Notes: a model not told the origin generated them from the letters alone. A stretch of 64,000 nt of DNA from Thermoplasmata archaeon (GCA_014894395.1 JADBLO010000072.1:130351-194350), one strand, 5' to 3'; positions 16,063 through 26,419 are shown, counted from the first letter of the stretch. Numbers and translations: made by a program.

Positions 16063-19029
16063 TTATTGCCCTTCGTTGCACGGTTCGTATGTGTTTAACG
16101 CCGGATCACCAAAGAGTATGTATTCCTGGAAGCTCACGTATTTTGATTCCATCATTGGACTAAGGCCCTTAGATGCTGTGCTCTTGTATAAATCAGCATA
16201 GTTGTTATTTGCCAATTCAATGTCTAACATTGCGTTTCCAGTGTAAATATTGAGTGGTGGCGACCACCAGAGCTGCCAGGGTGCATCTGCGGGTAAATAG
16301 TTGTTTTTTGCGTTTCTAAGCGCTAATCCTACACTGGTGTTGTATTGTTTCATATCGGCACACACATCTTCATATATCTTCTCCCCAAAGTGTGCATCTG
16401 GGAAGATTCCTTTATTCCATTGACCCTTTGCTCTTATGTATTTTAGATATGTTTGGATTGGTAAATCGTATTTTGTTTTCTTTGGTTCAAGATAACCGCC
16501 ACCAATATTTGACCCAGTAGGTGATGCAATAAGAGAAGCTACTCCTGCATGTAATAACGATTGACCAATATTCGCCCGTCCATACATTCCATCGATTTTT
16601 CCACATATACAGCTTTCCAACCACATAAACGATGGCCCAAGATTCATGTTTGATACTGTTCTTGTATCATAGTCACCTACGGCACTTAAGTCTCCTCCGG
16701 GGCCCATGAAACCACCGCCTATCGGTATAATAGTTTGAATAAGCAATGCTTTCATTAATGGGCCACCAAGTCCTGATGCCACGATATCATTTCCGCCCAC
16801 ACCAAATAGCTGTTGATTACCATGACCGTTTACAAACAAAAAGTTGCTTGACTCAAATATATCTCCGCCTATAACACTACCTTCCCCGACTAGTTTTCTT
16901 ACCTGCCATTTTTCAAAGAAGAGTCTGTTTAAGAGGGTACTCTTTTTAATTTTGTATAGAGTTTCTTCGCTAAGTCCCTTTGCCATACCCTCTTCATATA
17001 AAGCCCCTTGCAAGTTGAATCCTAATGGTTCCACAACCTCAGATGCGGCTCGTTTATATGTCATTTCAGCGTAACCCGTGAAGGCTTTCATAGGTTCTCC
17101 ACGTTTAACTTTTTTAAGTATGTCACCAAAGATTATGTATCTGACTAATGGTTTTTGGAAATCCTGCCCTCCACCAACTAAAAGACCAAAGTTATCCTTC
17201 CATGTCTCCAAGGTGCTCGTAAGTTCATTATAGAACACACTTTTAAGTATCAATGCATCTGCATCCTGAGCATCCCAACCGGTTATACGACCTACAATGT
17301 TTTCTATGAAGGGGTATTTCTCCTCAGTGTCACTGTATACATCATTTGCTAAATTAGACCAGTCATAACGTATTGGGTCAATATTACCGTAGAGAACATC
17401 ACTTGGGGTTCCACCACCGCTATAGTAGGGTGTATCATCAACACCATCTCCATCAAGGTCCCCAATAGGTTCAACATGATTTTGATAGTAGTAATTCGGA
17501 AGAACGGTCCCATCACCAACTAAAGCAATATACACAGGACTTTTTTTATAATGGTCTCTTAAACCTTTGATATCTCGATCATCATTCATTGGAAGACCCG
17601 CAAGTTTTGCAAGTAAGGTATTCAAAGGATCATGTATTTCATCAAAAAAATGTTTATTTGATATAGGTACCAGTTTCGGATTTTTCCCGCCCACGTATAT
17701 ACCAGGGCAGGTTTCTCCGCTATCAGTAATTATATTATCATCAGCTGTAAACGCAAACTCAGGTTTACCAAAAATAATCCCTCCATGGTATGCAGTCAAA
17801 TAAGGTGCAACAGATGAAAGACATTTCATCATTGGATACACTGGATTTTCGAGTTTCTCAACGACAACTCGAGCTGATACTTCACCTTCTTTTTTAACTA
17901 ACCAGCTACCGGAAGCACCAATAGTATACTCAACCCCACCTCGGCCATAAACTACAGTTTCAGAATATATAACATCTTTGGTTATTTTACCACTTGCATC
18001 TCTTTCGGCGATACCACCGGCAGCTGTATCACCTGGATGAGCTTCATAGTTTTGTAAACCGAAGGGCAATTCTTTTAAATTAGGACCCATTGTAAACGAT
18101 GCCGAATCTCCCATATCATCAGAATTTTCAGCATCATGGTTAATACCCTCAAATTTAATCAATGCATACTTGTAATCCGAAGGTATTGTGTAACTCCATG
18201 TGACCGAGCCTTTACCTGTTGCCATACCAAGAAGAGCTCCTACAAGCTGGCTCATAGAGCTTGTTTTTATTTTTTCAGGTCCAAAGTTAAACTCTACACT
18301 ACCTAACACCTCAGGTGGCCAAGCATCTACTGGATTTGTAAGAGTAATATAGTCGACTTTCTGGTTAAGTTTATTTTCAACAATTTCAATAGATGCATTC
18401 ACAATCTCATCAACAGAATCAAATTTTAAAACATCACCGTAACCCTCGATATTTTCACCACAGACAAGGGTTTTTTTCACACCAAGATCGCTAAGAACGC
18501 TGGTCACATCAGAATCCATTTCTTGAGTTACAATGACTGGTATTCTAAGATAAGAAGCTATAGGTGTCGCCACTACACCTAAATTATATCCAGGTTCATC
18601 GTATTCAATAATTAAAGCCGCTTCACTGCTATCCCAGTAGTCTTTAGCAATCCTTAAAGAGGCGTTTTTGGCAGATTCATCATCTTCAATTATTTCACCT
18701 TGTTTACTGCCATCTAATTGAGCTTTCAGTCTTGTAATTGCTGTTGAGGGGGTTGTAAAATTCATTACGTAAAGTGGTATCACTGTTCGTTCACCATTTT
18801 CATCATAATTCACTGCCAACGGTGTCGCTATAAGTGGATAAAATGGACAGCTATCAGAAACAGTAATAGAACCGGGCATATCTTTCAAGTCACCAGTAAC
18901 ACCAATAAATTCGTTTGCTTTCACCGACTCCATTTCTGTTTTTTCTGGAACCCAATAATATATACCAATTGAAGCAAAAATAAGTATAGCTACTCCAAAT
19001 ACTACAATTATTTTATCATTTTTCATCAT
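16063..19029 (-). CDS. Large (988 aa) membrane-anchored surface protein with putative clan CD cysteine peptidase (gingipain/C25-like) domain
   Basis: N-terminal signal anchor. Candidate catalytic dyad in the order VNGHGNQQ ... WLESCICGK, the His-Gly then Cys arrangement of clan CD enzymes. Confidence 0.5.
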   Translation of the reverse strand: MMKNDKIIVVFGVAILIFASIGIYYWVPEKTEMESVKANEFIGVTGDLKDMPGSITVSDSCPFYPLIATPLAVNYDENGERTVIPLYVMNFTTPSTAITRLKAQLDGSKQGEIIEDDESAKNASLRIAKDYWDSSEAALIIEYDEPGYNLGVVATPIASYLRIPVIVTQEMDSDVTSVLSDLGVKKTLVCGENIEGYGDVLKFDSVDEIVNASIEIVENKLNQKVDYITLTNPVDAWPPEVLGSVEFNFGPEKIKTSSMSQLVGALLGMATGKGSVTWSYTIPSDYKYALIKFEGINHDAENSDDMGDSASFTMGPNLKELPFGLQNYEAHPGDTAAGGIAERDASGKITKDVIYSETVVYGRGGVEYTIGASGSWLVKKEGEVSARVVVEKLENPVYPMMKCLSSVAPYLTAYHGGIIFGKPEFAFTADDNIITDSGETCPGIYVGGKNPKLVPISNKHFFDEIHDPLNTLLAKLAGLPMNDDRDIKGLRDHYKKSPVYIALVGDGTVLPNYYYQNHVEPIGDLDGDGVDDTPYYSGGGTPSDVLYGNIDPIRYDWSNLANDVYSDTEEKYPFIENIVGRITGWDAQDADALILKSVFYNELTSTLETWKDNFGLLVGGGQDFQKPLVRYIIFGDILKKVKRGEPMKAFTGYAEMTYKRAASEVVEPLGFNLQGALYEEGMAKGLSEETLYKIKKSTLLNRLFFEKWQVRKLVGEGSVIGGDIFESSNFLFVNGHGNQQLFGVGGNDIVASGLGGPLMKALLIQTIIPIGGGFMGPGGDLSAVGDYDTRTVSNMNLGPSFMWLESCICGKIDGMYGRANIGQSLLHAGVASLIASPTGSNIGGGYLEPKKTKYDLPIQTYLKYIRAKGQWNKGIFPDAHFGEKIYEDVCADMKQYNTSVGLALRNAKNNYLPADAPWQLWWSPPLNIYTGNAMLDIELANNNYADLYKSTASKGLSPMMESKYVSFQEYILFGDPALNTYEPCNEGQ

Positions 19030-19158
19030 TTTTTATCCCCCGTTTAGGATAATAAAATCCACCAGTGTATATTTACACCTTTCTATATAATATTTTCTAT
19101 TATATATATAGATGAGTTTTAAGTATAAAAACCCCTATGCTTATGAATACGTTTAAGA

Positions 19159-19566
19159 ATGAGACGATTATTACCATCAACAAAGGAGAAAAAAGACATG
19201 CCGGGTGACGAAGTATCCCCTCAACTGCAGGATCAAATTAACAGATTGCAGCAAGCACGAGCGCAGCTTCAAATGATTGCACAACAACGCCAACAGGTAG
19301 AGCTTCAACTCAAAGAGACCGAAGAGGCGATAAAGGAGATCGAAGCGGTAACCGAGAAAACCCCGATTTACAAGAGTATCGGTGCATTGCTCATCAAAAC
19401 GAAAGGAAAAAGTGACATTAAAAAAGAGTTAGCATCAACCAAAGAATCTCTTGAACTGCGAAAAACCACGTTGGAGAAGCAAGAGGGGCGAAGCAGAGAG
19501 AAGCTAACTGAGTTACAGAGCAAGGTGGAAAGTTCCTTGAAGTTAGCAGGCGGGCAGGAAGCCTAA
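19159..19566 (+). CDS. pfdB: Prefoldin beta subunit
   Basis: 135 aa, predicted coiled-coil-hairpin-coiled-coil (QLQDQINRLQQARAQLQMIAQQRQQVELQLKE...). Confidence 0.7.
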   Translation: MRRLLPSTKEKKDMPGDEVSPQLQDQINRLQQARAQLQMIAQQRQQVELQLKETEEAIKEIEAVTEKTPIYKSIGALLIKTKGKSDIKKELASTKESLELRKTTLEKQEGRSREKLTELQSKVESSLKLAGGQEA

Positions 19567-19866
19567 ATGGTTAAAAAACATCTTTTTTCAGCGCATAATG
19601 ATTTGAAGACCGGTTTTTTCTGTAAATTCTTTCTGACTCTGGGATGTATCCTCTTCGTTGTCTACCTTGTTGAAACACTGCTGCATCCTGTTGGACTGGG
19701 CGATGGTGTTACCGGAACTATTCTCGCATTCGCGATTCTCAGTTTAGGTTTTGGGTTAATCTTGTATTTTTTTTCGTGTCAATTTGCAAAGCTATCAAAG
19801 ATCGCCGAAGAAATTGAAAATGACGAATCTCTTCTAGACAAAGAAGAGACAAAAGAACAACCGTAA
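19567..19866 (+). CDS. Small membrane protein (2 TM helices)
   Basis: 99 aa, two hydrophobic helices and an acidic tail. Abuts the prefoldin stop. Confidence 0.35.
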   Translation: MVKKHLFSAHNDLKTGFFCKFFLTLGCILFVVYLVETLLHPVGLGDGVTGTILAFAILSLGFGLILYFFSCQFAKLSKIAEEIENDESLLDKEETKEQP

Positions 19867-19874
19867 CCAGTGTT

Positions 19875-20627
19875 TTATTTCCCGAAACGTCGTTTTCTAT
19901 GCTGATAGGTGCGGATTGCCTGTAAGAAGTCGCGTTTTTGGAGCGCAGGCCAGTATACATCAGAGAAATAGAGTTCTGAATAGGCGAGCTGCCACAGTAA
20001 GAAGTTAGATATTCGTTCTTCTCCTGAGGTTCGAAGGATGAGATCTGGGTCAGGTAAACCCTTCGTATAAAGATAGGATGAGACGGTTTTTTGAGAGATA
20101 TCCTTGACTTTGAGTTTTCCTTTTTTTATATCCCTTGCCATATGTTGGATGGCTTGGATGATTTCCTCTCGACCACCATATGCGAGGGCAATGTTCAAAT
20201 GATAGGTTTTGTATGTTTTGGTCATATCCATAATGAACTGTGCTGACTGTTGGATGTCTTTTGGCAAGGATTCAAGGTGACCAAGAATTCGTATCCTTAC
20301 TTTGTTCTTATGAATGCGGGAGTCGCCTTTTGCTTGATCCAATTCTTCTTTAAACAACATCATGAGTATCTTGACTTCTTCTTCGCTTCGTTTAAAATTC
20401 TCTGTGGAGAACGCGTAAATAGTCAGAACATGAACGCCGAGGTCAAAACACCAGTCCAGGACTTCTTCAATTTTTTCTTTTCCAAATATATGGCCAGCTT
20501 CCCATGACAATCCAAGTTCATTCGCAAATCGGCGGTTTCCATCCATGATAATCGCAATATGTTTCGGGAGAGAATACTGTTTAATCTCCTCAATCAGCTT
20601 GTAATCGCGAAACTCGTTGATTTTCAT
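19875..20627 (-). CDS. uppS: Undecaprenyl/tritrans,polycis-prenyl diphosphate synthase (cis-prenyltransferase)
   Basis: HIAIIMDGNRRFA motif. The track ORF is 364 aa from 20969, but that N-terminal part runs through a 15-nt homopolymer (encoding FFFFF). Start moved to MKINEFRDY. Confidence 0.8.
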   Translation of the reverse strand: MKINEFRDYKLIEEIKQYSLPKHIAIIMDGNRRFANELGLSWEAGHIFGKEKIEEVLDWCFDLGVHVLTIYAFSTENFKRSEEEVKILMMLFKEELDQAKGDSRIHKNKVRIRILGHLESLPKDIQQSAQFIMDMTKTYKTYHLNIALAYGGREEIIQAIQHMARDIKKGKLKVKDISQKTVSSYLYTKGLPDPDLILRTSGEERISNFLLWQLAYSELYFSDVYWPALQKRDFLQAIRTYQHRKRRFGK

Positions 20628-20831
20628 TGAGAAAAAACTGTAGAGAGAAGAACGGTAGAACGCTGCGAGTATCCTTTTTCCGATTGGGCTACGAATTACA
20701 TATTTCTCCCATTCCTCGATTTTTTTCCCGGCGAGGGTTCTAAGTGATGGTTTCTGAGGACTGATGTTGTTCCCTCCAGATAGTTCAATACTGTTGCTAT
20801 TATATAGATTTAGTGATATTCTTTTGAAGAT

Positions 20832-20846
20832 AAAAAAAAAAAAAAA
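20832..20846 (-). terminator. Oligo-T tract (A15 on plus strand), likely archaeal intrinsic terminator for the upstream minus-strand gene
   Basis: 15 consecutive A on the plus strand, T15 on the coding strand, ~60 nt downstream of the 20905..21621 gene stop and ~200 nt upstream of the uppS start. Confidence 0.4.
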
Positions 20847-20904
20847 TAACAGACAAGTATGGAGATGCTGAATTTCTATAACATTTTTGATTTTTTTTAA
20901 TTCC

Positions 20905-21621
20905 TTACAAATCAACCTTCCGGGTAGCCTCAGAAAGCTCTTTCGCGGTTTCTTGAATTTTCTTTTCATAGCTAACCGGGTCCTCTAGTGCTCTGATGGT
21001 ATCCTCGAGTTCTCGTTTTTCTGTTCCGGTAATGACCTTCACGTCTAGAACCTGCTTTAACAAAGGAATTGCATCTTGTCGCCCCTGTTTCACAAAATTA
21101 TATGTAAAATCCTCAATGTGGAACCATCCTTTATAACGCCATGGTTTACTTATAAAATCTTTAGTGATTTTTACCATGAAATCATATGGTGCTGGCCCGA
21201 TAATCCCGGTTAATGCACCTATCAAATAGGAGTTATATTTTTTGTTGTCAAACGCCTCCTCAAGATCTTCGATGAGGGGGATAATGGAAGGATCTCCGAT
21301 ATCCTGTAGTGCAAACATTGCTTCTTCATTTGCCATGGAATCATCAGATTCTTTTTTTAAAAAAGAGATAATTGCGGGAACCGCTTGCGGATCTTTTGTT
21401 TCACGAAAAATCGTTAATGCAAAAAAACAACTCCATGTAAATTCGGTATGAAGTAATTCTATAAGTTCGTTGGTTGCATGAGTACCTAATTGAATAAACT
21501 CTTGGATAGTATTATGGGCATACCTACGCACATCATCTTCGTCTTTATTATAAAACTCCTCTATATCAAGTGATTTTAAGAAATCAATATGTTTATTCAG
21601 CATCTCTATCTGATCTTGCAT
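20905..21621 (-). CDS. Alpha-helical repeat (HEAT/PBS-lyase-like) hypothetical protein
   Basis: 238 aa, helical repeats. No catalytic motif. Confidence 0.4.
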   Translation of the reverse strand: MQDQIEMLNKHIDFLKSLDIEEFYNKDEDDVRRYAHNTIQEFIQLGTHATNELIELLHTEFTWSCFFALTIFRETKDPQAVPAIISFLKKESDDSMANEEAMFALQDIGDPSIIPLIEDLEEAFDNKKYNSYLIGALTGIIGPAPYDFMVKITKDFISKPWRYKGWFHIEDFTYNFVKQGRQDAIPLLKQVLDVKVITGTEKRELEDTIRALEDPVSYEKKIQETAKELSEATRKVDL

Positions 21622-21688
21622 AGGTACCCCTCAACTACGTAAAGTGATTCTCGTTACTTAAAGATATGTTCACAAGAAAAAGACCCTT

Positions 21689-22569
21689 CTATTGTTCGCA
21701 GAAATAGTGATTGAAGTGTCGGAAAAAACCCTTGGTTTTACTGGAAATATAGGCGTCTTTAATCGCAGGATTGTCCACTATTGCCTGAATTTCATACCAC
21801 GGTGATATGACAAAGAATTTTAAGAAACGAGGAGAAATAGCATTTACTGGACATCCGTAAATACACCGCATGCAAAGGTACATTTCGAATGAAATCTAAT
21901 GTGTCCTTTTTGTTTGGTTATATTATTAGTAGGACAATTGCTGATGCAGATGCCGCAGAGATTACAGGAGTCAGAAACATAAAGATTTTCCCCAAAGAAT
22001 CGGGCTCCAAAATTTTCCATACTGCTAAACGCAGCGGTTAAAAAGGTAGAGAAAAATGTGTTTTTTTGAAGCTTTGTTGTTTCTGAGAGTATCTCCTTGA
22101 CCATTGTTTTTGCTCGTTGTACTGCGGTGTTGTAGAGTTGTTTAATAAGTTGATCCTGGTATCGCACAAGGACGTTGGCTGGCATGACAAACAATCGTTC
22201 ATGGATAACATTGTATCCTTTCTTTTGTAATGTCTTTCGCACCAGTGTTGTTGATCCACCCTGCATGAACGGGTCGCCAGCGGATTTAAATATGAATGTG
22301 TTTTTCTTTTTACCATCTTGTAGTTGTTCGATGAATTCAAAAAAGATACGAGGAGCATTGAACGCGTGAACTGGATATCCAAATCCGATAATATCGTATT
22401 TCTCAACCTCAGGTGTTTTGTTGGTTTTCAACAGCTCATCAATCGCGATAACATCAACAACACGTACATTTCGATTGAATTCCGTGGCAAGCAGCTTCGC
22501 AATCATTTTTGTATTACCGGTACCTGAAAAGTAAAAAATACCTATCGTGCGGGGTTGTTGGTTCACCAC
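21689..22569 (-). pseudogene. Flavodoxin-like / 2x[4Fe-4S] ferredoxin fusion (EFR1-like), interrupted by a 1-nt frameshift
   Basis: Frame A (21844..22569) has a flavodoxin N-terminus (IGIFYFSGTGNTKMIA) and the first cluster motif CNLCGICISNCP. Frame B (21689..21883) carries CMRCIYGCP. Joining A at its Cys codon (21880-82) to B at 21878 restores a perfect CYLCMRCIYGCP motif. Confidence 0.45.
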
Positions 22570-22576
22570 AAAGCCT

Positions 22577-22951
22577 CTATTTTTTGCTTACAAGAGCACC
22601 AATACCGATAGGGATCATGAGGATGATGAGGTAGGTAAGGCCGATATCCATCATGTAATCGCTAAAACTCATCTGCATTGGACTTGCTGGTAAAAACAAC
22701 ATAAGGTCAATGACAAGACTAAGAACAAACCAGAGAACCCCGGCAATTACGCCTTCTTTCAACGACTCCTTTTCTATTTTTTTGAAATACAGAACAGAGA
22801 TGATCATTACTGTAAGCACTAGAATAATCGGCATGATCGATTCAAACAAGGGTCGATTTGCGTCCCTCAGTGGAAAAATCACAAACGACACCAGGAACGG
22901 TATCAGCCAGATGAGAAATCCAAATCCAACGAGTTTCACATATTTATTCAT
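22577..22951 (-). CDS. Small integral membrane protein (4 TM), unknown
   Basis: 124 aa, hydrophobic throughout. Confidence 0.4.
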   Translation of the reverse strand: MNKYVKLVGFGFLIWLIPFLVSFVIFPLRDANRPLFESIMPIILVLTVMIISVLYFKKIEKESLKEGVIAGVLWFVLSLVIDLMLFLPASPMQMSFSDYMMDIGLTYLIILMIPIGIGALVSKK

Positions 22952-23024
22952 ACGGTTCTCCTTACAGCCTCATATCAATTATTTATTGATAATGATTCGT
23001 ATACTGCTGCATTTATTCAGAAGA

Positions 23025-24218
23025 TTATTTCGAGTGTTTCGTATTTTTCACAAAGGAAAACATGAGGAGAGAACATATTGCAAGACCCAAGGCAAAGAGA
23101 AACGTGGCCTGCGGAGAGAACTTGTCCCAAAGAAGTCCTGCTATAAATCCAGCAGGTAACGCAATCAAACCGGTTGCTGCATGGAAGGTCCCCAGCGCAG
23201 TCCCTTTGAGATCGGAGGGTGCTAAATCAACAACGAAGGCGCGCTGTACTCCATCAATAATCCCGAAGAAAATCCCATAGAGAATAAAGACGAATATCAG
23301 CATGTAAAGCTGTGAGGTGAAAAGGAGGCAGACTGCGGTTGCTGCAAATAGCACATATCCTGCAATAAGAACTGGTTTCCTGCCGATTTTGTCAGAGAGC
23401 ATTCCAGCAGGGATCGTAAAAAAAGTATACACAATATAGAATAATGCGTAGAGAAGGAGTGCGGTATTGTCAGAGAGTCCGATGTTTTTTGCTTTTAATA
23501 TGAGGAATGCGTACCCGAAATTTGCACAAGCAAACACGGTGGAAACGATGATGAATATCTGGAGGTTACGAGGGAGTCTTTTCATGCTTACGCGAAACGG
23601 TGCTGACGAACGTTTCACTGGTATGTTTTGTCCCCGTTTTTCTTTGATAAGCAGGATGAACAGGACCGCGATGATTCCTGGGAAGAACGCAATGAGAAAG
23701 AGGTCTCGATACCCAAACAACGGTAAGAGAATAACTGCGATAATTGCGCCGGAAAATGAACCGATGCCGTCCATCGCCCGTTGGAACCCGTATGCTTTTC
23801 CCCTCACGGAGACGTCTACTGATTCTGCGATAATCGCATCTCGTGGCGCATCTCTAATTCCTTTTCCAACGCGTTCAACAACCCGGAAAAAAAGGACAAA
23901 CGGCCAGGCCTGTGCAAACGCAAATAAAGGTTTTGTTATAGCAGAAAGACTGTACCCAGCAAAGACAAATGGTTTGCGTCGTTTGATTTTATCAGACCAA
24001 TATCCGGAAAAGACTTTGAGCAAGGAAGCGGTTGTTTCAGCTGCTCCTTCGACAAGCCCTACCACCCATGCGCTCGCACCAAGTGATAGTAAAAATAAGG
24101 GAACGACAGGGAACACCATTTGACTGGAAAGATCGGTAAACAAACTGACAAAACCAACAATAATTATGTTCCGTACTAGTCCGTTGAAAAACGATTGTTT
24201 GTTCATCGAACACCTCAT
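23025..24218 (-). CDS. MFS transporter
   Basis: 397 aa, ~12 TM. MFS-like motif GKGIRDAPRDAII, twofold repeat. Confidence 0.7.
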   Translation of the reverse strand: MRCSMNKQSFFNGLVRNIIIVGFVSLFTDLSSQMVFPVVPLFLLSLGASAWVVGLVEGAAETTASLLKVFSGYWSDKIKRRKPFVFAGYSLSAITKPLFAFAQAWPFVLFFRVVERVGKGIRDAPRDAIIAESVDVSVRGKAYGFQRAMDGIGSFSGAIIAVILLPLFGYRDLFLIAFFPGIIAVLFILLIKEKRGQNIPVKRSSAPFRVSMKRLPRNLQIFIIVSTVFACANFGYAFLILKAKNIGLSDNTALLLYALFYIVYTFFTIPAGMLSDKIGRKPVLIAGYVLFAATAVCLLFTSQLYMLIFVFILYGIFFGIIDGVQRAFVVDLAPSDLKGTALGTFHAATGLIALPAGFIAGLLWDKFSPQATFLFALGLAICSLLMFSFVKNTKHSK

Positions 24219-24327
24219 GGTAGAGTCGGTTATTTTGTTGTTCTAATACGTTTTCTTCGTTTCAGTGTTTCGGTTTGTAGAAGAGAATACCTTAAAAAGA
24301 AAAAAACAATACAGTGGAGCGGGGAAT

Positions 24328-25044
24328 ATGGCAGCAGTTGAAGTGAAGAATTTAGTGAAGAAATACGGGTCAATGGACGCAGTGAAAGGTATCTCGTTCT
24401 CTATAAATGAGGGAGAAATCTTTGGGCTTATTGGCCCGAATGGCGCAGGCAAGACCACGACATTGCGGGTGCTATCTACCTTATTGTCTATTAACAGTGG
24501 AACAGTCACGATATTAGGCCATGACCTAAGTAAACAATCGGGGGAGATCAGAAAGCTTATCAGTTATCTTCCAGAGGATGCCGGGGCTTATAAGAACCTG
24601 ACTGGGAGAGCGTATCTTCAGTTTATCGCAAATTTCTTTGACCAGAAAGAAGTGCCAACAATAGTGAAAAAAGGAATCGAGATCGCTGACCTTGGAGCAC
24701 GTATTGATGATCGGGTTGATACCTACAGCAAAGGTATGATGCGGCGACTCCTTGTTGGGAGGGCATTAATGACAAATCCGAAACTCGCTATCCTTGATGA
24801 GCCGACCTCAGGGCTTGATGTAATCAACGCGCAGGAGATCAGAAAGCTGGTAAAGTCTACGGCTCAAAAAGGGACGACGGTTCTTCTCTCATCTCACAAT
24901 ATGCTTGAGGTAGAGTACCTCTGTGACCGAATCGCTCTGATATCCGATGGAAAAATAGTCGAAGAGGGCAAACCAAAGGCTTTAATGGAGAAATATAAGG
25001 CGCGTAACATCGAAGAAGTGTTCATACGGACGGTGCATGAATGA
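24328..25044 (+). CDS. ABC transporter ATP-binding protein
   Basis: Walker A GPNGAGKTT, signature LSGGMMRR-like (SKGMMRRL), Walker B ILDEPTSGLD. Start set at MAAVEVKNL, which has an upstream GGAG RBS. Confidence 0.8.
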   Translation: MAAVEVKNLVKKYGSMDAVKGISFSINEGEIFGLIGPNGAGKTTTLRVLSTLLSINSGTVTILGHDLSKQSGEIRKLISYLPEDAGAYKNLTGRAYLQFIANFFDQKEVPTIVKKGIEIADLGARIDDRVDTYSKGMMRRLLVGRALMTNPKLAILDEPTSGLDVINAQEIRKLVKSTAQKGTTVLLSSHNMLEVEYLCDRIALISDGKIVEEGKPKALMEKYKARNIEEVFIRTVHE

Positions 25045-26327
25045 GCGGACTGGGAAACATCACGAGAAAAGAAATACGAGAGCTACTCACCCCAGCGACC
25101 TTTGTGCCCATCATCCTTGTCGCATTGATTTTTGCTACCATGGGAAACAGCATCCAGGGGATCCAAGAACAATCACAAGCACCACCTACCATTGGTGTTA
25201 TTAACGAGGATAACAGTACATTAGGCGCAATCGCTTCCACGATTCTGCATGAACGTGCAAAGGTTGTATATAACTCGACATCACGTTCAGACAAACAAGT
25301 TGGGTTGGAAACACTCAAAGAAAAAAATGGGGTCGCCCTAATCATAATTCCTCAGAATTTTACGGAACGGATCCGACATGAACAACCGGGGAACATCGAG
25401 GTCTACTGGATCATGAAAGGTGCGGGGCTTATGGATACCCTCTCCTCAAGTATCTTTGAGTCCTTAATTGCATACATTAACACAAACATCTCCAAGGAAT
25501 TGATTCAAGAAAATACCTCGATTCACAACGCCTCGTTTGTTCTTTCACCAACAAAAAGATTGGAAACCACGTATTTCAAAAACCGGGAGTTCCAAGGGCT
25601 GTCACCAAACACTATTTCCGGTATGCTGTCGTCTCAGTCGTTGCTGATCCCGATTGTGATGATGATGATTATCATAATGGCAGGAAGCATCGTGATCACC
25701 TCGATGGCTCTGGAAAAGGAGAATAAAACCCTTGAAACACTGTTGACGTTACCAGTGAAGCGAACCAGCATTGTCACCGGGAAAATTGTTGCTGCTGCTG
25801 TCATCGGACTTCTTCTTGCTATTATCTATATGATTGGTATGCAGTTTTATTTCTCAGGATTCCAGTTTTCTGCTGGATTGAACCTTGCCTCTTACGGTCT
25901 TGTAATCACCTCGATGGATTTCATTTGGATTGGTGTCTCACTCTTCATCACCCTCATTGCAGGACTCTCGCTGTGCATGCTCATGGGGACCTTTGCGAAG
26001 AACTACAAAAGCGCACAAACGCTCACCTTCCCGATCACAATGCTGGCAATGATCCCAATGTTCATTACCATGTTTGCTGATTTTGATACACTTCCCTTAG
26101 CACTTAAAATTTTCACGTTTGCGATTCCGTTTTCTCATCCGATGATGGCGCCTCGGGCATTACTCTTCCATGACTATACACTAGTTATCGGGGGCATTGT
26201 GTACGTCGCCATTTTTGCTATTGTGACCATTAGTATTGTCGTCTGGGTGTTTAAAACTGATCGGCTCCTGGTAGGAACAACAAAATTCAAGTGGCTCAAA
26301 GGATTAACACGTCGTCGGCGATTCTAA
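25041..26327 (+). CDS. ABC-2 type transporter permease
   Basis: 428 aa. N-terminal TM, large extracytoplasmic loop, then 5 C-terminal TM helices. Overlaps the ATPase stop by 4 nt. Confidence 0.65.
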   Translation: MSGLGNITRKEIRELLTPATFVPIILVALIFATMGNSIQGIQEQSQAPPTIGVINEDNSTLGAIASTILHERAKVVYNSTSRSDKQVGLETLKEKNGVALIIIPQNFTERIRHEQPGNIEVYWIMKGAGLMDTLSSSIFESLIAYINTNISKELIQENTSIHNASFVLSPTKRLETTYFKNREFQGLSPNTISGMLSSQSLLIPIVMMMIIIMAGSIVITSMALEKENKTLETLLTLPVKRTSIVTGKIVAAAVIGLLLAIIYMIGMQFYFSGFQFSAGLNLASYGLVITSMDFIWIGVSLFITLIAGLSLCMLMGTFAKNYKSAQTLTFPITMLAMIPMFITMFADFDTLPLALKIFTFAIPFSHPMMAPRALLFHDYTLVIGGIVYVAIFAIVTISIVVWVFKTDRLLVGTTKFKWLKGLTRRRRF

Positions 26328-26419
26328 AACGAAATCTCCGCTGATTCCTCCTTTCTTTTTTATAGTGATAGGAAAACTTTTTATAGCAAAGAAGCTACTC
26401 TTTTCATAAGGGGATAGTT

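Noticed and set aside
20628-20969. N-terminal extension of uppS in the ORF track (364 aa)
   Set aside because: The extension reads through a 15-nt homopolymer (FFFFF) and AT-rich intergenic DNA. UppS homology starts at MKINEFRDY, so the start was moved to 20627.
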